A stretch of DNA of 64,000 nt. It comes from Scyliorhinus canicula (taxonomy: Eukaryota). A model generated the notes under the pieces. It did not search any database and was not told where the DNA came from. It saw nothing but the letters and a program-made list of their open reading frames with translations. Location of the stretch: positions 135,544,463-135,608,462 of the forward strand of contig NC_052158.1 of the NCBI RefSeq assembly GCF_902713615.1. The letters run 5' to 3'. Position 1 is the stretch's first letter. Every line of letters begins with the position of its first letter. The position numbers were made by a program, and so were the translations under genes. Shown here piece by piece: positions 1 to 11,200 of the stretch.

Positions 1-1040
1 ACACATCGATCGTGGCATCCACGTAGCTTTTGTCTGAGGTGTTCTCCTGGGAGGCAGGGGAGGGGGTTACCCAGATGGGCCAGCGCCATCAACTGGACGA
101 TCTGGGGGATAATGTACATGTGGTCAGTGGGAGGGATGTGTCAGTCTGGTTTGTGATGGCAATAACAACTCAAGTGTGACAGATCCTCAGGATGGGGCCT
201 AATGGATCCTCACCTCTGCAGCATACGCCAACGTCCACATTGGTGACTGTTCTATCCTTGGCCACCCTGTCACCTGCAGGGCCCGTTCCTTGAAGGTGGT
301 GAGAATTCATATGTCTGGCATGCCTCCATCAGTCTGGGTCCTCTCCCAGCGTTTGTGAGAGAGCTTCTCTTGCAGAGACACAGCGAGCGCACCATTAGCC
401 ACAGCGGTTGGGGGAGGAGGGGGGAGGTTGTGAACAAAGGGTTGGGAGGGGTTGAAGGATGCGAGGGTGAAGGGAGGGTTGGGGGCAGCATGGAGGGTTG
501 GAGGGGGCAGAATGGTCTCGGAAGAGGATGGGGGCATTGGTGTCAACTCACCCTGCTGCCCAATGTAGGTTGTAGACCTACTTACGACACTGGGGGCCAA
601 TCCTCCTGGTCACATTCCCCTAGCTCACGGCCGCCTCGACCTGGTCCCAGGTGGCACTAGCTGCCCTGTGGCTCACCCTCCGTGACCCACGGGTGAACAG
701 GACATTCCTCCTTGCCTCCACCGCATCAAGAAGCCTCCCCAGGTCTGCATCCCCGAATCTTGGGGCCGGTCTTCTTGGCGCCGTGGCTGTGAGCTGAGAG
801 GGGTTGGCTGAGCACGTGCTGTTTAAGTGCTGCTTGACCTTGTTAGCAGGGGGCTGGCGAGTGCGGTCCCGGCGAATCGGCTGGCGAGACTTCATTTGCG
901 GTGAGAAGCCGACGGGGCCTTGTTCAGTGGACCAAGTAATGGTAAATAGCGTTGCCGGCCTCACCGGGAAGAGCGCACGAAAACTCGCGGCAGTTCCCAC
1001 CCACTACTACACTGAGAAACCTTTCCGGAAAATCGCGCCT
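1..1040 (-). mobile_element. PIF/Harbinger-type DNA transposon remnant with decayed, intron-containing Myb/SANT-like gene
   Basis: Minus-strand peptide APRFGDADLGRLLDAVEARRNVLF..ATWDQVEAAVS*..QCRK* (784-552), donor GTGAGT at 551, second exon EKLSHKRWERTQTDGG (~370-307); TIR-like end GGAAAATCGCGCC at ~1026-1039; stops and lost ATG. Confidence 0.75.
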
Positions 1041-1679
1041 ATTATATATTAGCTTGCTGGATATATCACATGACTCACTGTACCGTTGAAAATGAGCATT
1101 AATTCAGGTCATACCTTGGAATTAAACTGCTGGATGGTAATCTAGGAAGTAGACAGATAAAAAATGTAGAAGGAAGAGCAGACAATATGTTTAAATAATT
1201 GTGTATTTAACCAAGCCAGAATAATGGCAGTCATTTTTCCTGCACTAATACTAGCAAGAGTCTTTTAAAGTTGTAAAGAGGTTTTGCAATTCATCCGTCG
1301 AGCTGAGCTGTCAATCAAACATTTACCTTCAAAGACGGTTGTTCAAAATCATGAGGGCTCCAGACAGAACAGATAAAGAAGAAATTTCTCATTGACTGAA
1401 GGTCGAGAACTATAGGCACTGATTTAAAATGATTAGCTAAAGGATCAACCTAAGGAAAAGCTGTTGCAGGCACTGAGCAGTTAGAATCTGGAATGTAGTG
1501 CCTGAGGGTGTGGTACAGATGGACACAATTTTGGTTTTCAAAAGGGACTTGGATAAGAACATGTAACAAGGTATTTGCAAGGTTACCAGGCAGAGTGAGG
1601 GAATGGGATTAGCTGTGTTGCTATTGCAAAGAGCCTGTAATGACACAATGGGCCAAATGGCCTCTTTCGACAACAACAA

Positions 1680-1880
1680 GGATCAGTTTAGCTCAGTTGG
1701 CTACACACCTGGTTTGTGATGCAGAGCAAGGCCAGCAGTGTGGGTTCAATTCCCCGCCTTCTCAACCTTGCCCCTCGCCTGAGGTGTGGTGGATCCTCAG
1801 GTTAAACCACCGCCAGTCAGCTCTCCCCCAGGGGAAAGCAGCCTGTGGTCATCTGGGACCTCTGCGACTTGACCTTTTCC
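1680..1880 (+). mobile_element. tRNA-derived SINE (second copy 10633-10855)
   Basis: A box (TAGCTCAGTTGG) and B box (GGTTCAATTCC); body shared with the 10633-10855 copy. Confidence 0.7.
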
Positions 1881-2194
1881 CGACAACTGCCAGTCGTAAG
1901 GGTGTGACTAAGTTACCGACAATTCTCAGGTTGGAGCATGCCATCCAAAGCCTCACCCATAATGGATTGTCAACTCTAACATAACCTTAATCAATGCAGA
2001 AAATTTATATAATCAAGTCCTTAGTTTCACATATCAATATTGCACATTGTGGTTTCAGCCTATCAGTCCAGAAGTGGTTATGTTAAAAACAAGTTCATCG
2101 TTGTGTTTGCATGTGCTCATAACAATTCTACACACTACTCAGTCTGTAATGTAACCGTATCACTTTATAACTTCCGTCTTTTTCATTTTCATAG

Positions 2195-2239
2195 GGACCT
2201 CCAGGTTTACCAGGCTATGCAGGAAATCCTGCTGTTCCA
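2195..2239 (+). CDS. COL4A3: Collagen IV exon (~5), 45 nt, [15 protein letters not shown] (7S domain)
   Basis: ttttcatag acceptor, gtaagt donor, phase 0/0. Confidence 0.93.
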
Positions 2240-5200
2240 GTAAGTAAATAAAAATGAAAGTATTTTTTTTGCATCGGCACCAGGAAAGGTGAGTGAATGT
2301 CAGCAACTCATCATTTCCTGTTCTCGTGATTGTGCTTGTTATCATTGACTGCTAATCTCCTGTCTACCTCAATCCTTGAGGTGGATGCAAATGAATGAGA
2401 GTTTGCCTTCGCCAGTTTCCACCCCTCCTCGCATCACGCAGATTAGACGGCGCGAGCGGAACATATCACGAGAAGGCCAAAATCGCGTTTTACATTGACG
2501 TAAATGCATGACACGGTCTCCCAACATTCAGTGTCGGGAACATATTTTAATATATAAACGTTTAATTATCAGGCCCAGGCGAGCAGACCTCCTGCGCAGC
2601 TCAGGTGATTCCAGCGCTAAAGGTGGAGAGGGCCATGTTCAGGCGCTGCCCCTTGGCAGCACTTGGGCAACCTTTAAAAATGGCAGCTTGATCCTCGGGT
2701 GTCCAGGTTGCAGGCGAGGCAGGCGAATCAGATGCCATGCCCCCCCCCCCCCCCCCCCCCCATTGTGTTTTTCCTTCAATGTCTGGGACTATATGGAGAA
2801 GAAAAGCACGATTGCTGTTGGTGGCTTTGTGGCGTTTAACCAGTCTGCCATTGACCTTTGCCGATTTCCGGAATAATTTCGCCCCATATGTCATAGAATC
2901 ATAGAATCCCTTCAGTGCAAAAGGAGGCCATTTGGCCCATCGAGTGTGCACCAACCCTTCGAAAGACCACCCTACCCAGGCCCAGTCCTCCGCCCTATTC
3001 CTGTAACCCCACACTAAGGGGCAATTTATCATGGCCAATCTACCTAACCTGCACATCTTTGGATTGTGGGAGAAAACCGGAGCACCCGGAGGAAACCCTC
3101 GCAGACACAGGGAGAACGTGCAGACTCCGCACACAATCACCCGAGGGCGGAATATAATATAATGTTTATTGTCACAAGTAGGCTTACATTGCAAGGAAGT
3201 TACTGTGAAAAGCCCCTAGTCGCCACATTTCAGCACCTGTTCGGGTACACAGAGGGAGAATTCAGAATGTCCAAATTACCTAACAGCAAGTCTTTCGGGA
3301 CTAGTGGGAGGAAACCGGAGCACCCGGAGGAGACCCACGCAGACACGGGGAGAACGTACAGACAACCACACAGACAGTGACCCAAGCCGGGAATCAAACC
3401 TGGGCCCCTGGAGCTGTGAGGCAGCAGTGCTGACCACTGTGCTGCCAATGTCTCTAGTGATGCTTGAAACATAAACGAACATGGGCTACATAACACATGC
3501 ACACTAATATTAGCTGTCAAATTTGGCCGTTGTGAGTCAAAGGTGTTGTGGTCCAATGGTTAGCATTCCTACATCTGGGCAAGAAACGCCAGGTTGATGT
3601 ACTAAGGCCCAATTTCATGTTCATAACATGGCCAAACATCAGCCTGTGCATTCTTTCAATGATGCCTGATGGTATATAGTAAAGCGCGGCAGAATTTCCT
3701 GGTCAGCTATCCTGAGGAAAACAATGGCAAACTGCTGCAGTGCATTGCCAAGCATAATCCTGGACCAGTACAATGGGAGTCCAAGGGAAACAATGTTCTG
3801 TGAAGGGGAGGAGAAATTCATTGTGGGGGGGGGGGGGAGAATTCATAGACAGAACTCCATTTCGCGCAGCACTATGAAGACCTGCCTGGGGGAACAGGCT
3901 ACGCTTTTTGCCACCACCCGTGTCGGTGTCCTCTCTGTGCATTGGAACATATTGATTTGGCGCTATCTTGATATTGCACAGCCTAAACGACAGGTGAATC
4001 CCACATTTGGACAAAACAGCACCAGGAAACACCTGTTTTCTCCACTGATGAAAAAAGCAGCAGCAAGGTGGACCCTGCAGTAACCTCTACAAGGCTGCCT
4101 GTCGATGTTCCTATGCTGAGGCAGGCAGGGCCATCCTCTAGGCCTGCCTGGACTGCTGACCTCCCTCCCCGGGCTCCCGCCCAAAGGTCACCTCCAGATA
4201 ACTAAACCAGCCCTTGCCATCACCTGGAGGTCAACTGTAAAATCCCAGTCAGCCTCCTTTAATTCACCTCACTAGATCCTTTACAAGCCATGTTCGTTGA
4301 CCACTGCATCAGGGCAGGTAACTCTGCAGCCCCACTCCCATTCCATACTCTGTAAAAATGGACAGGAGACACGATGGAAGCTGGAAACCGGCAGTCTGCC
4401 TGCGGCCGTTTTTATTTTAGCTCCCCTTTGCCTCCTGATACTTATTTGAATGTTTGATTGTGCCAGGAGCTTGTGAACTTCCCATGCTGCCCTCTGCCTG
4501 TGAGCTCTGTGCACAGCAGGAGATCCCGGCAGCATTGTTTCCTGACAGCAATGCAGATGGGCAGATGCCATGATCCAAACATACCTAAAGAATCACCCTG
4601 AGAATGGAATGAGAACAGGTGGCAAGAAAGGCTAACTCCTTTCTAGCTCCCACCCGCCTCCATTCCCTGTCCCTGCCCAAGGAGTTGCCATTTCTGGCCA
4701 CCTTTCCCCAATCCAATCTTGGAGAGGTTACTTCAGAGCATTTGTGCCCACCCCCCGCAACGCCCATCCCTGGCAGAGCCGTGCATTGCTAATACCTCCG
4801 GGACCACATGGACCCCTCTCACTGCGCTGGTGTTCTGTTTCCAAGAGTCTCCATTGCAGCAATTTGTCTCTGCTGCTTCCATTTAAGAGGCAGCCATCGT
4901 CACCTGTTACCCGTGATCAGCAAGCAATGCTGCTGGGGCCCCCTGCTGTGTACAGAGCACAAAGGCAGTATTCAGAAGTAAAGAACAGCACTGGAGGCAC
5001 ACCAACAAGTGGCACAATCACTCAGAAAAGGTGGGTACATGGACTTTGTACATTGCCATCCTCAATCTGCGCGTACATCATGAATTGCAACTCTTGTGGC
5101 TGAAAATCAGGGCAAATAATCTTCTGACCCATGAAATCTGCTAAACTCACATTGGCCCTCATATTACAGTAAGAGTCAGATAAGAACCTGGAGGAACTCC

Positions 5201-8200
5201 CATAGAGAGAGAGAAATTATTTTCTGTTTAAGCTGCTAAACGAGGGTGGTGCTAGAGCAAAATTAGCTCATAATATTCCTGTACTGTGAAATGTTGCTAA
5301 CGCAACCTTAAAATATCTCAGACTACAGCCATATTTGTGTTTCCCAGCCAAGCCATCAGCCTGGCCTACCTGAACGTGAATGTCCTGAATTATGGATAGT
5401 TTTTGCACAATGTCAATGAGCACCGAAGTGCAGACTGTGCTAATTCTCTTTGCTTGCTGCGCGATGCAGGCAACATGAGAAGGGGAGGGGGCTGCTCTCC
5501 TATTAGCCTGTACTGTTTTATTTTACCCAGAGCTACAAGGACAGTGTGCAGCAATTAATCCTTACACTATTACGCACTTTGTGCATCATTATGTATACTG
5601 TTGCTCTGTTGTCTTTGCATTTGTGTATTCTAACCTGGTTGAACAACTCAAGTAAACATACTCTTGATATCATAACATTTTCATTAGTAAGCTTTTTGAT
5701 ATAAATTGCAAAATATCTTTTCTGTTTAGGGTATCCCTGGAAAGGATGGTCCCCAGGGTCCTAAAGGTATACCAGGATGCAATGGCACAAAGGTACGTTC
5801 AACTTTAAAACATCAATTCGTCAAAACAAAATAGCTAGCATTCGAGTGCAGACCAGGAAGTATTCAGACTTTCCAGTATAATTTGCTGTTAATTTTAGAC
5901 TTCTGGAAGTATGTAAACATTGTCTTATGAAGGGATACATAAAAATTGCAAGTACCTTTTTTTTTTGCAGGGTGATTCTGGCTTTCCAGGAGTTCCTGGC
6001 TTAGAGGGATCTGAAGGACGCCATGTATGTATTTTTCAGAGCTTACTGAAGACAATGCTATCGAGTAGATTTTTATTTACACTGTCCCTGGCTGCTGTCC
6101 CTTTCTATTGCGCACCAGGCTTCTTCTCCCACAGACAGGACAGGACAGGAAAAAAAGTGGTACAATGGTAGAAAGGTAACTGGAAGCTTCGCCAATCACT
6201 GAAACAGGCTGAGAGCTAATATTGCTTCGTGAGCTGAGGGACCGCATCTTGTACCAATGCCACTCGCCTTTATGCTGTGGAACTATTTACCCCAAATAGT
6301 TTTCTCCCAATCAGTGAATGGTGATGCAGTAAATGTGGCTTTTTGTGGTCGTGTTAAACAAGTGCTTCATTACACTATGTTTTAAAACAATGACAGAACT
6401 TCAAAAAGTTCTAAAGTCATGAAGATGCCATATCAATGGCAAGCCTATTGTAGCGAATTGGTGGCCTGATTTACATCGTAGCTTACTTACATTTCTCCTG
6501 ATTTTTAAATCCATTGGCTTCAGTGAAAAGTAAGGTCAGGAAAGAAATGAAATAGGCCACTGTTTCACCGACACTCTTTTAACATTACAGCAGAAAGTCA
6601 AAACTATTGTCAAACAGAACAATGTCAGGCTTTTCAAAGAGGAGGTGTAAAGCTAAATTCTCATGCAAAGCCACTTTACCCATCTTCAAAATTTGGAGTG
6701 TTTTTCTGTGAAATAAATCCTGAATGATGTTTCTCTCAACTTCAACTTTCAGGGACGTCCAGGGTTTCCAGGACCAAAGGTACGTGGTTCAGTAAGAACA
6801 CAGCTGACACAGACACCCAAGTGGCCTCTTCCTGTGCCGTACACTTTCTTATGATTCTAAGAAGGTCTTTCATTTAAACATAAAGTAAATTCTACCTGCT
6901 GAAGTACTAAAGAGAGAATGTGATTGGCTAAAGCTTATGCAAAAACCTATGACTATGGCCTTGAATTTTATTTCGTGGTTCCAAATAGAAACGTCAAAAA
7001 TATCTGAGGTTTTCTTTGAGTGACGCTTGTCATAATATACGCATCAGTATATGATGGTGCAGAGACACACACTGACTGACACACTGCAAGACCAATCAAC
7101 ACACACAACACAGCAGCCAATCACCAGTTAGGGCACGGTCACTATAAAACCAGAGGGCACTAGTTTTCCCGCTCATTCGGGATGCAGCCTCTGAGACAGA
7201 CAGAGCCCACAGTCAGTAGCACAAACATCTACCATGTGCTAGCAGTATAGGCTGGTCAGGTTAGGCATAGGTCTTCAGTCATCCTAACATAGTGTCGACC
7301 CACAGTGCAAGTATGTTCAACAGCTCTTAGTTAAATAAAATAGAGTTGTACTATTACAATTGTTGGTAGCCTGTCTATGTTACTGCTGAGGTAAACGCAG
7401 TCTCCACAGATCCAGAGTACCCAACACATCAACGCTTTTGATGTCATCAAGTTGTGAATGATTACTAAACAGAGTTACCGTGAAGGTTAATATTCACTCA
7501 GCAACAATAAGGGCGAAAAGATGCTTGAAGCATTGAGGATGATGAAAAGTGACTGCTAAATTCACCGTGAGGGTGAATATCCACAAACCGATGGATAGTG
7601 CTGATGGTGAGATTAACAGTAAGGGTGATTATTTCCACAGAAATTGAGGGTGTAATGCGCACATAGGCCATGATTTTCCAATCTCACGGTGGTGGAACCC
7701 ACCACGGGAGATTCGGCAGCCCAGCCAAAAGTTCCATCGACTTTCGGTGGGATCGGACAATCCAGGCAGTGGACAGGGCTGGAAAACCCCGACCAGAGGG
7801 CAAAATATAATGCTTTCGCTGGAGGCAGGAGGGAGGCAGGGACCTGTATAATTGGGCAGGAAGATGCAGGGTGAGACCATTTTGCTTTCATTAAGTCCAA
7901 GGCAGAAAGGGTCGAAGATGGCCTTCCCTTTTAGAGGTAACTTGAAGTTAATTGAAGTAAACTGGCCATTTACGAGTGATGTTAGGGCCTCATTCCACTG
8001 CTGCTGGTGCTACTGAGGCCCATGCTGTATTGGCAACTGCCAGGCTAATTCCATTGGTTGTTCCTGTGGCCTGGTTGTGGGGTGGGTGAGGTGGGTGGTT
8101 CTCCTACTTTGGCATCTATGCCAATGGAACCATCCTGCGGCATGTGTTTCCCATATGTGAAGAGCCCAACTTGTCCTTAAAACTAATCAACACCCCAGAA

Positions 8201-11200
8201 ACAGACCCCCCCCCCGCCAATATCATCAGGACCTCCTGACTGGTCCAGGCGGTACAGCCTCACTTACCTTTCCTCCGTGGTGCCTGGACCTGCTGCAGTA
8301 CCGGCTGCAGCCACTGCTTCTGATGGCGCTACTGCTACTGGGTGGCTGCCGGCCTCTAATTGCCTGGAGCTTTTAGAGGGAAAGAAAATTCCCCAGTACT
8401 TGGCGAGGACTCTGTCACCAATTAGGCAAGTGCCTGATTGGCATTGAACCGATTTGGGGAGCCTGGGACGTGCTGGCGCACATGCTCAATGCTGCAAACT
8501 TTAAATTCTATCCGTAGTTTTGAGAGTTAAGGTGAATACTTATATTCATACACAGAATGGGCGGAATCTTCTAGTCATTTGTCAGAGCGTTTCAGGGGGG
8601 AAACTGGTGTGTGACTCTCCAGCTGCACAGTCGAGTTTTCTCTCCAGATTCTCTAGCATTCTGTGCACGGAGAATCTGGGGACATGGTTTACATTATCAT
8701 GCTGGCGGGCAGGGATGGGCCTGAAAGAGCCAGCAATGACAGCTAATCAGAGATTGGGGTGCGATCTTTAAGGGACACCCTGTTCTGTGTTACAAAGAAA
8801 CTCCTCCCCACCTCCACACAGACAACGGGGAGCCACCCCCCAAAAGCATCAGGGCATCCTCTCCCCACCACACAGGTATCAGGGCAACCACTTCACACAA
8901 GCATCGGGGTGCCACTCCCCCCTCCCCCCCACCCCCAACCATTCTTAAGGGGAAGCTCCCCAATGTGGCTCCCTAGAGAGCCGCCTGTCACTGCCAGGTT
9001 GGTACTGCCAGGGATCAATGTCAGACAGGAGTGACAGGGAACTGCCTAGGCATGTCCCTTTCTCCCGGGGCCTTTACTGACCCTTGCGTCACTGGCAGAT
9101 TCCCCTCAAGAGCTTCAAGCTTCACATCAGCGAAGTATGAATATTCAGTGAGGGGGAGAGGCAGGAATGCCCTATAATGATATTCAAATATATTAACATT
9201 TATTGAAATGTGGTCCCCGCCCTTTCTGGGTGGGAACCTTGTTATGTCACGGGCGAGGGGCGTATGAATTACCTGAAAAAAAATAACTGATTCATTTTGC
9301 AATATGTTTATCTATAAAGGGTGAACCAGCTCAAATGATACCGTTATATCCAGGAGACAAAGGAAGTGGTGGACCTCAAGGTCCTCAGGGACCTCCAGTA
9401 AGTGTGATTTCCCAACCATGCACATCTGGTAACATCTGGTGTATTCGATGTACAGGATGAGTTTGATCAGATACAAAATGTAACAGAGTAGGGTGCAATA
9501 TTGGGCATAGCACTGCCTATTGTTTAGTTACTGTTCAACTGCTATTTAATTCCAACTGGCACCTCACCCTATGCTGTAACACTGGAACCTTGATTTCACA
9601 AGAGCAGCAAAACATGTTGTTGAGCTGGTCTGTGGTGCAGACTCGCTTTGGGCAACATCTCAGACAGCAAGACACACTGAAGGTTGCAAGGTAATTCCCT
9701 CTCCTAATTGTGACAGCATTCTAGAATATGAAAAACGTGCCCACTGTGCCTGGCTGCAAAGAAGGTATTGAGGAAGTCAAAGGTTTATGTTCTTTTCGCT
9801 CTTAGGCATGTCTCTGGTAGTGCTTCTCAACCATCCCTCTGGGGGATACCATTTTGAGCATTGTGCGCAACCATTGATGTTTGTTAAGAAGTCTTACCAC
9901 ACCAGGTTAAAGTCCAAAGGTTTGTTTCAAACCAATAGCTTTCGGAGCACTGCTCCTTCCTCGGGTGAATGAAGAGGTAGGTTCCAGAAACATATATATA
10001 GACAAAGTCAAAGATGCAAGACAATACTTTGAATGCGAGCATTTGCAGGTAATTAAGTCTTTACAGATCCAGAGAGAGGGGTAATCCTACGTTAAAGAGA
10101 TGTGAATTGTCTCAAGCCAGGACAGTTGGTAGGATTTTGCAAGCCCAGGCCAGATGGTGGGGGATGAATGTAATGCGACATGAATCCAAGGTCCCAGTTG
10201 AGGCCGTATTCATGTGTGCAGAACTTGGCTATAAGTTTCTGCTCGGCGAACTTTCAGCCTCAGGCCCTCCTCTGTTGTGGGTTTCTTGTTGAGGTCAGCA
10301 GAATAAGTAGTCTCTCAATGGCCATGCTTCTCCTCCACAGAATGTGAGGGCTTCCTGGATACTGGCTACTCATTTGCATGAGTTATTTCTGCTGATCGGA
10401 CACCACCAGAAAATAAAATGTTTTTATAATCAAGAATCCAAATGCATTCAGGAAAAATATTCAATGTATTAATGGTTTAATTTAAGGGTCAACGAGGACC
10501 TCCAGGGTGGCAAGGACCCACTGGGCCTCCAGGTTCCTTGGTAAGTATCCCTTTTTTCCAACACTAAAGATGTATGAGGCTTTATGCAGAAGATTATGGG
10601 TGACTGCTTATGTTAGTATGGTATATACTGCACTCTGGTTTAGCTCAGTTGGCTGGACAGCTGGTTCGTGATGTAACCAACAGCGCGGTTTCCATTTCTG
10701 TGATGGCTGAAGTTATTCATGAAGGTCCTGCCTTCTCAATCTTGCCCCTCACCTGAGGTGTGGTGATCCTCAGGATGAAACACCTTCGGTCGGCTCTCCC
10801 CCTCAAAGGAGAAAGCAGCCTGTGGCCACCTGGGACTATGGTGACTTTACTTTATGTACTTCAGTGGTAGCTGACTAGCCTTAATTATGGGCGCCGAATA
10901 ACACTGAATCACAATGCTGCCCAACAGCTCTGTATCTCAGACAATACTGTGACTCACTGCCAGTGGTGAAGCCAAGAGAGAGCTGAGTGCCGAGGAAAGT
11001 GAAATTGTTTTGCCTGACAAGAAGATCCAAGAAAATCAGTCAAGCTGTTAAACTGACTCTATTTTGCCTGAGTGAAACTAATTAATTCCACGTGTACCAG
11101 AGTTCAAACCTGGGATGTATGGATCCATTTAGTTCAAGGTCACCCACACGCAGCACGATAGCATAATGGTTAGCACAGTTGCTTCACAGCTCCAGGGTCC

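Noticed and set aside
307-1000. Functional host NAIF1/MSANTD-like gene antisense to the collagen
   Set aside because: Start codon is ACG, there are in-frame stops and a mutated acceptor, and a second dead copy lies in the same window.
1-2194. Additional upstream collagen exon (exon 4)
   Set aside because: No AG/GT-bounded Gly-X-Y segment found; likewise none after 57781, so the flanking exons lie outside the window.
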